Below, in pieces: positions 12,826-28,100 of a stretch of DNA of 64,000 nt; the stretch's first letter is position 1, and each line of letters begins with the position of its first letter. Under the pieces are notes generated by a model. That model made no database searches. It had not been told where the DNA came from and worked only from the letters and a program-made list of their open reading frames with translations. Origin of the DNA: the human T2T-CHM13v2.0 reference genome, Homo sapiens; assembly GCF_009914755.1 (NCBI RefSeq), contig NC_060925.1; one strand, 5' to 3'. The position numbers were made by a program, and so were the translations under genes.

Positions 12826-15800
12826 ATGGAATCGTCATCGAATGAATTGAATGCAATCATCGAATGGTCTCGAATGGAATCATCTTCTAATGGAAAGGAA
12901 TGGAATCATCGCATAGAATCGAATGGAATTATCATCGAATGGAATCGAATGGTATCAACACCAAACGGAAAAAAACGGAATTATCGAATGGAATCGAAGA
13001 GAATCTTCGAACGGACCCGAATGGAATCATCTAATGGAATGGAATGGAATAATCCATGGACTCGAATGCAATCATCATCGAATGGAATCGAATGGAATCA
13101 TCGAATGGATTCGAATGGAATAATCATTGAACGGAATCGAATGGAATCATCATCGGATGGAAACGAATGGAATCATCATCGAATGGAAATGAAAGGAGTC
13201 ATCATCTAATGCAATTGCATGGAATCATCATCAAATGGAATCGAATGGAATCAACATCAAATGGAATCTAATGGAATCATTGAACAGAATTGAATGGAAT
13301 CATCATCGAATGAATTGACTGCAATCATCGAATGGTCTCGAATGGAATCATCTTCAAATGGAATGGAATGGAATCATCGCATAGAATCGAATGGAATTAT
13401 CATCGAATGGAATCGAATGGAATCAACATCAAACGGAAAAAAACGGAATTATCGAATGGAATCGAAGAGAATCATCGAATGGACCCGAATGGAATCATCT
13501 AATGGAATGGAATGGAATAATCCATGGACTCGAATGCAATCATCATCGAATGGAATCGAATGGAATCATCGAATGGACTCGAATGGAATAATCATTGAAC
13601 GGAATCGAATGGAATCATCATCGGATGGAAATGAATGGAATCATCATCGAATGGAATCGAATAGAATTATGGAATGAAATCCAGTGTGATCATCATCGAA
13701 TGGACCCGAATGGAATCATCATCCAACGGAAGCTAATGGAATCAACATCGAATGAATCAAATGGAAACAGCATCGAATTGAAACGAATGGAATTATCATG
13801 AAATTGAAATGGATGGACTCATCATCGAATGGATTCGAATGGAATCATCGAATAAAATTGATTGAAATCATCATCGAATGGAATCGAATGGTATCATTGA
13901 ATGGAATCGAATGGAATCATCATCAGATGGAAATGAATGGAATCGTCATAGAATGGAATCGAATGGATTCATTGAATGGAATCAGATGGAATCATCGAAT
14001 GGACTGGAATGGAATCATTGAATGGACTCGAAAGGGATCATGATTGAATGGAATTGAATGGAATCATCGAATGGTCTCGATTGGAATCATTATCAAATGG
14101 AATCGAATGGAATCACCGAATAGAATCGAATGGAACAATCATCGAATGGACTCAAATGGAATTATCCTCAAATGGAATCGAATGGAATTATCGAATGCAA
14201 TCGAATGGAATTATCGAATGCAATCGAATAGAATCATCGAATGGACTCGAACGGAATCATCGAATGGAATGGAATGGAACAGTCAATGAACTCGAATGGA
14301 ATCATCATTGAATGGAATCGAATGGAATCATCGAGTGGAATCGAATGGAATTATGATCAAATGGAATCGAATGTAATCATCATCAAATGGAATCAAAAAT
14401 AACCATCATCAATTGGTATTGAATGGAATTGTCATCAAATGGAATTCAAAGGAATCATCAACAAATGGAACTGAATGGAATCCTCATTGAATGGAAATGA
14501 AAGGGGTCATCATCTAATGGAATCGCATGGAATCATCATCAAATGGAATCGAATGGAATCATCATCAAATGGAATCTAATGGAATCATTGAACAGAATTG
14601 AATGGAATCGTCATCGAATGAATTGAATGCAATCATCGAATGGTCTCGAATGGAATCATCTTCTAATGGAAATGAATGGAATCATCGCATAGAATCGAAT
14701 GGAATTAACATTGAATGGACTCGAATGGAATCAACATCAAATGGAATCAAGCGGAATTATCGAATGGAATCGAAGAGATTCATCGAATGGACTCGAATGG
14801 AATCATCTAATGGAATGGAATGGAATAATCCATGGACCCGAATGTAATCATCATCGTATAAAATCGAATGGAATCATCGAATGGACTCGAATGGAATAAT
14901 CATTGAACGGAATCGAATGGAATCATCATCCGATGGAAACGAATGGAATCATCATCGAATGGAAATGAAAGGAGTCATCATCTAATGGAATTGCATGGAA
15001 TCATCATAAAATGGAATCGAATGGAATCAACATCAAATGGAATCAAATGGAATCATTGAACGGAATTGAATGGAGTCGTCATCGAATGAATTGAATGCAA
15101 TCATCGAATGGTCTCGAATGGAATCATCTTCAAATGGAATGGAATGGAATCATCGCATAGAATCGAATGGAATTATCATCGAATGGAATCGAATGGAATC
15201 AACCTCAAACGTAAAAAAACGGAATTATCGAATGGAATCGAAGAGAATCATCGAATGGACCCGAATGGAATCATCTAATGGAATGGAATGGAATAATCCA
15301 TGGACTCGAATGCAATCATCATCGAATGGAATCGAATGGAATCATCGAGTGGACTCGAATGGAATAATCATTGAACGGAATCGAATGGAATCATCATCGG
15401 ATGGAAATGAATGGAATCATCATCGAATGGAATCGAATAGAATTATGGAATGAAATCCAGTGTGATCATCATCGAATGGACCCGAATGGAATCATCATCC
15501 AACGGAAGCTAATGGAATCAACATGGAATGAATCGAATGGAAACACCATCGAATTGAAACGAATGGAATTATCATGAAATTGAAATGGATGGACTCATCA
15601 TCGAATGGATTCGAATGGAATCATCGAATAAAATTGATTGAAATCATCATCGAATGGAATCGAATGGTATCATTGAATGGAATCGAATGGAATCATCATC
15701 AGATGGAAATGAATGGAATCGTCATAGAATGGAATCGAATGGATTCATTGAATGGAATCAGATGGAATCATCGAATGGACTGGAATGGAATCATTGAATG

Positions 15801-18127
15801 GACTCGAAAGGGATCATGATTGAATGGAATTGAATGGAATCATCGAATGGTCTCGATTGGAATCATTATCAAATGGAATCGAATGGAATCACCGAATAGA
15901 ATCGAATGGAACAATCATCGAATGGACTCAAATGGAATTATCCTCAAATGGAATCGAATGGAATTATCGAATGCAATCGAATGGAATTATCGAATGCAAT
16001 CGAATAGAATCATCGAATGGACTCGAATGGAATCATCGAATGGAATGGAATGGAACAGTCAATGAACACGAATGGAATCATCATTGAATGGAATCGAATG
16101 GAATCATCGAGTGGAATCGAATGGAATTATGATCAAATGGAATCGAATGTAATCATCATCAAATGGAATCAAAAATAACCATCATCAATTGGTATTGAAT
16201 GGAATTGTCATCAAATGGAATTCAAAGGAATCATCATCAAATGGAACCGAATGGAATCCTCATTTAATGGAAATGAAAGGGGTCATCATCTAATGGAATC
16301 GCATGGAATCATCATCAAATGGAATCTAATGGAATCATTGAACAGAATTGAATGGAATCGTCATCGAATGAATTGAATGCAATCATCGAATGGTCTCGAA
16401 TGGAATCATCTTCTAATGCAAAGGAATGGAATCATCGCATAGAATCGAATGGAATTATCATCAAATGGAATCGAATGGTATCAACACCAAACGGAAAAAA
16501 ACGGAATTATCGAATGGAATCGAAGAGAATCTTCGAACGGACCCGAATGGAATCATCTAATGGAATGGAATGGAATAATCCATGGACTCGAATGCAATCA
16601 TCATCGAATGGAATCGAATGGAATCATCGAATGGACTCGAATGGAATAATCATTGAACGGAATCGAATGGAATCATCATCGGATGGAAACGAATGGAATC
16701 ATCATCGAATGGAAATGAAAGGAGTCATCATCTAATGCAATTGCATGGAATCATCATCAAATGGAATCGAATGGAATCAACATCAAATGGAATCTAATGG
16801 AATCATTGAACAGAATTGAATGGAATCGTCATCGAATGAATTGACTGCAATCATCGAATGGTCTCGAATGGAATCATCTTCAAATGGAATGGAATGGAAT
16901 CATCGCATAGAATCGAATGGAATTATCATCGAATGGAATCGAATGGAATCAACATCAAACGGAAAAAAACGGAATTATCGAATGGAATCGAAGAGAATCA
17001 TCGAATGGACCCGAATGGAATCATCTAATGGAATGGAATGGAATAATCCATGGACTCGAATGCAATCATCATCGAATGGAATCGAATGGAATCATCGAAT
17101 GGACTCGAATGGAATAATCATTGAACGGAATCGAATGGAATCATCATCGGATGGAAATGAATGGAATCATCATCGAATGGAATCGAATAGAATTATGGAA
17201 TGAAATCCAGTGTGATCATCATCGAATGGACCCGAATGGAATCATCATCCAACGGAAGCTAATGGAATCAACATCGAATGAATCCAATGGAAACATCATC
17301 GAATTGAAACGAATGGAATTATCATGAAATTGAAATGGATGGACTCATCATCGAATGGATTCGAATGGAATCATCGAATAAAAGTGATTGAAATCATCAT
17401 CGAATGGAATCGAATGGTATCATTGAATGGAATCGAATGGAATCATCATCAGATGGAAATGAATGGAATCGTCATAGAATGGAATCGAATGGATTCATTG
17501 AATGGAATCAGATGGAATCATCGAATGGACTGGAATGGAATCATTGAATGGACTCGAAAGGGATCATGATTGAATGGAATTGAATGGAATCATCGAATGG
17601 TCTCGATTGGAATCATTATCAAATGGAATCGAATGGAATCACCGAATAGAATCGAATGGAACAATCATCGAATGGACTCAAATGGAATTATCCTCAAATG
17701 GAATCGAATGGAATTACCGAATGCAATCGAATGGAATTATCGAATGCAATCGAATAGAATCATCGAATGGACTCGAATGGAATCATCGAATGGAATGGAA
17801 TGGAACAGTCAATGAACTCGAATGGAATCATCATTGAATGGAATCGAATGGAATCATCGAGTGGAATCGAATGGAATTATGATCAAATGGAATCGAATGT
17901 AATCATCATCAAATGGAATCAAAAATAACCATCATCAATTGGTATTGAATGGAATTGTCATCAAATGGAATTCAAAGGAATCATCATCAAATGGAACCGA
18001 ATGGAATCCTCATTGAATGGAAATGAAAGGGGTCATCATCTAATGGAATCGCATGGAATCATCATCAAATGGAATCGAATGGAATCATCATCAAATGGAA
18101 TCTAATGGAATCATTGAACAGAATTGA

Positions 18128-19190
18128 ATGGAATCGTCATCGAATGAATTGAATGCAATCATCGAATGGTCTCGAATGGAATCATCTTCTAATGGAAAGG
18201 AATGGAATCATCGCATAGAATCGAATGGAATTATCATCGAATGGAATCGAATGGTATCAACACCAAACGGAAAAAAACGGAATTATCGAATGGAATCGAA
18301 GAGAATCTTCGAACGGACCCGAATGGAATCATCTAATGGAATGGAATGGAATAATCCATGGACTCGAATGCAATCATCATCGAATGGAATCGAATGGAAT
18401 CATCGAATGGACTCGAATGGAATAATCATTGAACGGAATCGAATGGAATCATCATCGGATGGAAACGAATGGAATCATGATCGAATGGAAATGAAAGGAG
18501 TCATCATCTAATGGAATTGCATGGAATCATCATAAAATGGAATCGAATGGAATCAACATCAAATGGAATCAAATGGAATCATTGAACGGAATTGAATGGA
18601 ATCGTCATCGAATGAATTGACTGCAATCATCGAATGGTCTCGAATGGAATCATCTTCAAATGGAATGGAATGGAATCATCGCATAGAATCGAATGGAATT
18701 ATCATCGAATGGAATCGAATGGAATCAACATCAAACGGAAAAAAACGGAATTATCGAATGGAATCGAAGAGAATCATCGAATGGACCCGAATGGAATCAT
18801 CTAATGGAATGGAATGGAATAATCCATGGACTCGAATGCAATCATCATCGAATGGAATCGAATGGAATCATCGAATGAACTCGAATGGAATCATCATTGA
18901 ATGGAATCGAATGGAATCATCGAGTGGAATCGAATGGAATTATGATCAAATGGAATTGAATGTAATCATCATCAAATGGAATCAAAAATAACCATCATCA
19001 ATTGGTATTGAATGGAATTGTCATCAAATGGAATTCAAAGGAATCATCATCAAATGGAACCGAATGGAATCCTCATTGAATGGAAATGAAAGGGGTCATC
19101 ATCTAATGGAATCGCATGGAATCATCATCAAATGGAATCGAATGGAATCATCATCAAATGGAATCTAATGGAATCATTGAACAGAATTGA
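18128..19190 (+). repeat. 1063-bp truncated unit (713-bp deletion of the end of B and most of C)
   Basis: Spacing 18128 to 19191 is 1063. Junction near 18875: ...GGAATCATCG-AATG-AACTCGAATGGAATCATCATTG. CCAGTGTG and GGAAGCT are absent. Confidence 0.9.
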
Positions 19191-22100
19191 ATGGACTGGT
19201 CATCGAATGAATTGAATGCAATCATCGAATGGTCTCGAATGGAATCATCTTCTAATGGAAAGGAATGGAATCATCGCATAGAATCGAATGGAATTATCAT
19301 CGAATGGAATCGAATGGTATCAACACCAAACGGAAAAAAACGGAATTATCGAATGGAATCGAAGAGAATCTTCGAACGGACCCGAATGGAATCATCTAAT
19401 GGAATGGAATGGAATAATCCATGGACTCGAATGCAATCATCATCGAATGGAATCGAATGGAATCATCGAATGGACTCGAATGGAATAATCATTGAACGGA
19501 ATCGAATGGAATCATCATCGGATGGAAACGAATGGAATCATCATCGAATGGAAATGAAAGGAGTCATCATCTAATGGAATTGCATGGAATCATCATAAAA
19601 TGGAATCGAATGGAATCAACATCAAATGGAATCAAACGGAATCATTGAACGGAATTGAATGGAATCGTCATCGAATGAATTGACTGCAATCATCGAATGG
19701 TCTCGAATGGAATCATCTTCAAATGGAATGGAATGGAATCATCGCATAGAATCGAATGGAATTATCATCGAATGGAATCGAATGGAATCAACATCAAACG
19801 GAAAAAAACGGAATTATCGAATGGAATCGAAGAGAATCATCGAATGGACCCGAATGGAATCATCTAATGGAATGGAATGGAATAATCCATGGACTCGAAT
19901 GCAATCATCATCGAATGGAATCGAGTGGAATCATCGAATGGACTCGAATGGAATAATCTTTGAACGGAAACGAATGGAATCATCATCGGATGGAAATGAA
20001 TGGAATCATCATCGAATGGAATCGAATAGAATTATGGAATGAAATCCAGTGTGATCATCATCGAATGGACCCGAATGGAATCATCATCCAACGGAAGCTA
20101 ATGGAATCAACATCGAATGAATCGAATGGAAACACCATCGAATTGAAACGAATGGAATTATCATGAAATTGAAATGGATGGACTCATCATCGAATGGATT
20201 CGAATGGAATCATCGAATAAAATTGATTGAAATCATCATCGAATGGAATCGAATGGTATCATTGAATGGAATCGAATGGAATCATCATCAGATGGAAATG
20301 AATGGAATCGTCATAGAATGGAATCGAATGGATTCATTGAATGGAATCAGATGGAATCATCGAATGGACTGGAATGGAATCATTGAATGGACTCGAAAGG
20401 GATCATGATTGAATGGAATTGAATGGAATCATCGAATGGTCTCGATTGGAATCATTATCAAATGGAATCGAATGGAATCACCGAATAGAATCGAATGGAA
20501 CAATCATCGAATGGACTCAAATGGAATTATCCTCAAATGGAATCGAATGGAATTATCGAATGCAATCGAATGGAATTATCGAATGCAATCGAATAGAATC
20601 ATCGAATGGACTCGAATGGAATCATCGAATAGAATGGAATGGAACAGTCAATGAACTCGAATGGAATCATCATTGAATGGAATCGAATGGAATCATCGAG
20701 TGGAATCGAATGGAATTATGATCAAATGGAATCGAATGTAATCATCATCAAATGGAATCAAAAATAACCATCATCAATTGGTATTGAATGGAATTGTCAT
20801 CAAATGGAATTCAAAGGAATCATCATCAAATGGAACCGAATGGAATCCTCATTGAATGGAAATGAAAGGGGTCATCATCTAATGGAATCGCATGGAATCA
20901 TCATCAAATGGAATCGAATGGAATCATCATCAAATGGAATCTAATGGAATCATTGAACAGAATTGAATGGAATCGTCATCGAATGAATTGAATGCAATCA
21001 TCGAATGGTCTCGAATGGAATCATCTTCTAATGGAAAGGAATGGAATCATCGCATAGAATCGAATGGAATTATCATCGAATGGAATCGAATGGTATCAAC
21101 ACCAAACGGAAAAAAATGGAATTATCGAATGGAATCGAAGAGAATCTTCGAACGGACCCGAATGGAATCATCTAATGGAATGGAATGGAATAATCCATGG
21201 ACTCGAATGCAATCATCATCGAATGGAATCGAATGGAGTCATCGAATGGACTCGAATGCAATAATCATTGAACGGAATCGAATGGAATCATCATCGGATG
21301 GAAACGAATGGAATCATCATCGAATGGAAATGAAAGGAGTCATCATCTAATGGAATTGCATGGAATCATCATAAAATGGAATCGAATGGAATCAACATCA
21401 AATGGAATCAAATGGAATCATTGAACGGAATTGAATGGAATCGTCATCGAATGAATTGACTGCAATCATCGAATGGTCTCGAATGGAATCATCTTCAAAT
21501 GGAATGGAATGGAATCATCGCATAGAATCGAATGGAATTATCATCGAATGGAATCGAATGGAATCAACATCAAACGGAAAAAAACAGAATTATCGTATGG
21601 AATCTAAGAGAATCATCGAATGGACCCGAATGGAATCATCTAATGGAATGGAATGGAATAATCCATGGACTCGAATGCAATCATCATCGAATGGAATCGA
21701 ATGGAATCATCGAATGGACTCGAATGGAATAATCATTGAACGGAATCGAATGGAATCATCATCGGATGGAAATGAATGGAATCATCATCGAATGGAATCG
21801 AATAGAATTATGGAATGAAATCCAGTGTGATCATCATCGAATGGACCCGAATGGAATCATCATCCAACGGAAGCTAATGGAATCAACATCGAATGAATCG
21901 AATGGAAACACCATCGAATTGAAACGAATGGAATTATCATGAAATTGAAACGGATGGACACATCATCGAATGGATTCGAATGGAATCATCGAATAAAATT
22001 GATTGAAATCATCATCCAATGGAATCGAATGGTATCATTGAATGGAATCGAATGGAATCATCATCAGATGGAAATGAATGGAATCGTCATAGAATGGAAT

Positions 22101-25100
22101 CGAATGGATTCATTGAATGGAATCAGATGGAATCATCGAATGGACTGGAATGGAATCATTGAATGGACTCGAAAGGGATCATGATTGAATGGAATTGAAT
22201 GGAATCATCGAATGGTCTCGATTGGAATCATTATCAAATGGAATCGAATGGAATCACCGAATAGAATCGAATGGAACAATCATCGAATGGACTCAAATGG
22301 AATTATCCTCCAATGGAATCGAATGGAATTATCGAATGCAATCGAATGGAATTATCGAATGCAATCGAATAGAATCATCGAATGGACTCGAATGGAATCA
22401 TCGAATGGAATGGAATGGAACAGTCAATGAACTCGAATGGAATCATCATTGAATGGAATCGAATGGAATCATCGAGTGGAATCGAATGGAATTATGATCA
22501 AATGGAATCGAATGTAATCATCATCAGATGGAATCAAAAATAACCATCATCAATTGGTATTGAATGGAATTGTCATCAAATGGAATTCAAAGGAATCATC
22601 ATCAAATGGAACCGAATGGAATCCTCATTGAATGGAAATGAAAGGGGTCATCATCTAATGGAATCGCATGGAATCATCATCAAATGGAATCGAATGGAAT
22701 CATCATCAAATGGAATCTAATGGAATCATTGAACAGAATTGAATGGAATCTTCATCGAATGAATTGAATGCAATCATCGAATGGCCTCGAATGGAATCAT
22801 CTTCTAATGGAAAGGAATGGAATCATCGCATAGAATCGAATGGAATTATCATCGAATGGAATCGAATGGTATCAACACCAAACGGAAAAAAACGGAATTA
22901 TCGAATGGAATCGAAGAGAATCTTCGAACGGACCCGAATGGAATCATCTAATGGAATGGAATGGAATAATCCATGGACTCGAATGCAATAATCATCGAAT
23001 GGAATCGAATGGAATCATCGAATGGACTCGAATGGAATAATCATTGAACTGAATCGAATGGAATCATCATCGGATGGAAACGAATGGAATCATCATCGAA
23101 TGGAAATGAAAGGAGTCATCATCTAATGGAATTGCATGGAATCATCATAAAATGGAATCGAATGGAATCAACATCAAATGGAATCAAATGGAATCATTCA
23201 ACGGAATTGAATGGAATCGTCATCGAATGAATTGACTGCAATCATCGAATGGTCTCGAATGGAATCATCTTCAAATGGAATGGAATGGAATCATCGCATA
23301 GAATCGAATGGAATTATCATCGAATGGAATCGAATGGAATCAACATCAAACGGAAAAAAACGGAATTATCGAATGGAATCGAAGAGAATCATCGAATGGA
23401 CCCGAATGGAATCATCTAATGGAATGGAATGGAATAATCCATGGACTCGAATGCAATCATCATCGAATGGAATTGAATGGAATCATCGAATGGACTCGAA
23501 TGGAATAATCATTGAACGGAATCGAATGGAATCATCATCGGATGGAAATGAATGGAATCATCATCGAATGGAATCGAATAGAATTATGGAATGAAATCCA
23601 GTGTGATCATCATCGAATGGACCCGAATGGAATCATCATCCAACGGAAGCTAATGGAATCAACATCGAATGAATCGAATGGAAACACCATCGAATTGAAA
23701 CGAATGGAATTATCATGAAATTGAAATGGATGGACTCATCATCGAATGGATTCGAATGGAATCATCGAATAAAATTGATTGAAATCATCATCCAATGGAA
23801 TCGAATGGTATCATTGAATGGAATCGAATGGAATCATCATCAGATGGAAATGAATGGAATCGTCATAGAATGGAATCGAATGGATTCATTGAATGGAATC
23901 AGATGGAATCATCGAATGGACTGGAATGGAATCATTGAATGGACTCGAAAGGGATCATGATTGAATGGAATTGAATGGAATCATCGAATGGTCTCGATTG
24001 GAATCATTATCAAATGGAATCGAATGGAATCACCGAATAGAATCGAATGGAACAATCATCGAATGGACTCAAATGGAATTATCCTCCAATGGAATCGAAT
24101 GGAATTATCGAATGCAATCGAATGGAATTATCGAATGCAATCGAATAGAATCATCGAATGGACTCGAATGGAATCATCGAATGGAATGGAATGGAACAGT
24201 CAATGAACTCGAATGGAATCATCATTGAATGGAATCGAATGGAATCATCGAGTGGAATCGAATGGAATTATGATCAAATGGAATCTAATGTAATCATCAT
24301 CCAATGGAATCAAAAATAACCATCATCAATTGGTATTGAATGGAATTGTCATCAAATGGAATTCAAAGGAATCATCATCAAATGGAACCGAATGGAATCC
24401 TCATTGAATGGAAATGAAAGGGGTCATCATCTAACGGAATCGCATGGAATCATCATCAAATGGAATCTAATGGAATCATTGAACAGAATTGAATGGAATC
24501 GTCATCGAATGAATTGAATGCAATCATCGAATGGTCTCGAATGGAATCATCTTCTAATGGAAAGGAATGGAATCATCGCATAGAATCGAATGGAATTATC
24601 ATCGAATGGAATCGAATGGTATCAACACCAAACGGAAAAAAACGGAATTATCGAATGGAATCGAAGAGAATCTTCGAACGGACCCGAATGGAATCATCTA
24701 ATGGAATGGAATGGAATAATCCATGGACTCGAATGCAATCATCATCGAATGGAATGGAATGGAATCATCGAATGGACTCGAATGGAATAATCATTGAACG
24801 GAATCGAATGGAATCATCATCGGATGGAAACGAATGGAATCATCATCGAATGGAAATGAAAGGAGTCATCATCTAATGGAATTGCATGGAATCATCATAA
24901 AATGGAATCGAATGGAATCAACATCAAATGGAATCAAATGGAATCATTGAACGGAATTGAATGGAATCGTCATCGAATGAATTGACTGCAATCATCGAAT
25001 GGTCTCGAATGGAATCATCTTCAAATGGAATGGAATGGAATCATCGCATAGAATCGAATGGAATTATCATCGAATGGAATCGAATGGAATCAACATCAAA

Positions 25101-28100
25101 CGGAAAAAAACGGAATTATCGAATGGAATCGAAGAGAATCATCGAATGGACCCGAATGGAATCATCTAATGGAATGGAATGGAATAATCCATGGACTCGA
25201 ATGCAATCATCATCGAATGGAATCGAATGGAATCATCGAATGGACTCGAATGGAATAATCATTGAACGGAATCGAATGGAATCATCATCGGATGGAAATG
25301 AATGGAATCATCATCGAATGGAATCGAATAGAATTATGGAATGAAATCCAGTGTGATCATCATCGAATGGACCCGAATGGAATCATCATCCAACGGAAGC
25401 TAATGGAATCAACATCGAATGAATCGAATGGAAACACCATCGAATTGAAACGAATGGAATTATCATGAAATTGAAATGGATGGACTCATCATCGAATGGA
25501 TTCGAATGGAATCATCGAATAAAATTGATTGAAATCATCATCGAATGGAATCGAATGGTATCATTGAATGGAATCGAATGGAATCATCATCAGATGGAAA
25601 TGAATGGAATCGTCATAGAATGGAATCGAATGGATTCATTGAATGGAATCAGATGGAATCATCGAATGGACTGGAATGGAATCATTGAATGGACTCGAAA
25701 GGGATCATGATTGAATGGAATTGAATGGAATCATCGAATGGTCTCGATTGGAATCATTATCAAATGGAATCGAATGGAATCACCGAATAGAATCGAATGG
25801 AACAATCATCGAATGGACTCAAATGGAATTATCCTCAAATGGAATCGAATGGAATTATCGAATGCAATCGAATGGAATTATCGAATGCAATCGAATAGAA
25901 TCATCGAAAGGACTCGAATGGAATCATCGAATGGAATGGAATGGAACAGTCAATGAACTCGAATGGAATCATCATTGAATGGAATCGAATGGAATCATCG
26001 AGTGGAATCGAATGGAATTATGATCAAATGGAATCGAATGTAATCATCATCAAATGGAATCAAAAATAACCATCATCAATTGGTATTGAATGGAATTGTC
26101 ATCAAATGGAATTCAAAGGAATCATCATCAAATGGAACCGAATGGAATCCTCATTGAATGGAAATGAAAGGGGTCATCATCTAATGGAATCGCATGGAAT
26201 CATCATCAAATGGAATCGAATGGAATCATCATCAAATGGAATCTAATGGAATCATTGAACAGAATTGAATGGAATCGTCATCGAATGAATTGAATGCAAT
26301 CATCGAATGGTCTCGAATGGAATCATCTTCTAATGGAAAGGAATGGAATCATCGCATAGAATCGAATGGAATTATCATCGAATGGAATCGAATGGTATCA
26401 ACACCAAACGGAAAAAAACGGAATTATCGAATGGAATCGAAGAGAATCTTCGAACGGACCCGAATGGAATCATCTAATGGAATGGAATGGAATAATCCAT
26501 GGACTCGAATGCAATCATCATCGAATGGAATGGAATGGAATCATCGAATGGACTCGAATGGAATAATCATTGAACGGAATCGAATGGAATCATCATCGGA
26601 TGGAAACGAATGGAATCATCATCGAATGGAAATGAAAGGAGTCATCATCTAATGGAATTGCATGGAATCATCATCAAATGGAATCGAATGGAATCAACAT
26701 CAAATGGAATCAAATGGAATCATTGAACGGAATTGAATGGAATCGTCATCGAATGAATTGACTGCAATCATCGAATGGTCTCGAATGGAATCATCTTCAA
26801 ATGGAATGGAATGGAATCATCGCATAGAATCGAATGGAATTATCATCGAATGGAATCGAATGGAATCAACATCAAACGGAAAAAAACGGAATTATCGAAT
26901 GGAATTGAAGAGAATCATCGAATGGACCCGAATGGAATCATCTAATGGAATGGAATGGAATAATCCATGGACTCGAATGCAATCATCATCGAATGGAATC
27001 GAATGGAATCATCGAATGGACTCGAATGGAATAATCATTGAACGGAATCGAATGGAATCATCATCGGATGGAAATGAATGGAATCATCATCGAATGGAAT
27101 CGAATAGAATTATGGAATGAAATCCAGTGTGATCATCATCGAATGGACCCGAATGGAATCATCATCCAACGGAAGCTAATGGAATCAACATCGAATGAAT
27201 CGAATGGAAACACCATCGAATTGAAACGAATGGAATTATCATGAAATTGAAATGGATGGACTCATCATCGAATGGATTCGAATGGAATCATCGAATAAAA
27301 TTGATTGAAATCATCATCCAATGGAATCGAATGGTATCATTGAATGGAATCGAATGGAATCATCATCAGATGGAAATGAATGGAATCGTCATAGAATGGA
27401 ATCGAATGGATTCATTGAATGGAATCAGATGGAATCATCGAATGGACTGGAATGGAATCATTGAATGGACTCGAAAGGGATCATGATTGAATGGAATTGA
27501 ATGGAATCATCGAATGGTCTCGATTGGAATCATTATCAAATGGAATCGAATGGAATCACCGAATAGAATCGAATGGAACAATCATCGAATGGACTCAAAT
27601 GGAATTATCCTCCAATGGAATCGAATGGAATTATCGAATGCAATCGAATGGAATTATCGAATGCAATCGAATAGAATCATCGAATGGACTCGAATGGAAT
27701 CATCGAATGGAATGGAATGGAACAGTCAATGAACTCGAATGGAATCATCATTGAATGGAATCGAATGGAATCATCGAGTGGAATCGAATGGAATTATGAT
27801 CAAATGGAATCGAATGTAATCCTCATCAAATGGAATCAAAAATAACCATCATCAATTGGTATTGAATGGAATTGTCATCAAATGCAATTCAAAGGAATCA
27901 TCATCAAATGGAACCGAATGGAATCCTCATTGAATGGAAATGAAAGGGGTCATCATCTAATGGAATCGCATGGAATCATCATCAAATGGAATCGAATGGA
28001 ATCATCATCAAATGGAATCTAATGGAATCATTGAACAGAATTGAATGGAATCGTCATCGAATGAATTGAATGCAATCATCGAATGGTCTCGAATGGAATC

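Noticed and set aside
18128-19190. 713 = 31x23 as evidence of a strict 23-bp lattice
   Set aside because: Any length above 549 can be written as a sum of 23s and 26s, and the deleted segment mixes monomer lengths, so the arithmetic is uninformative.
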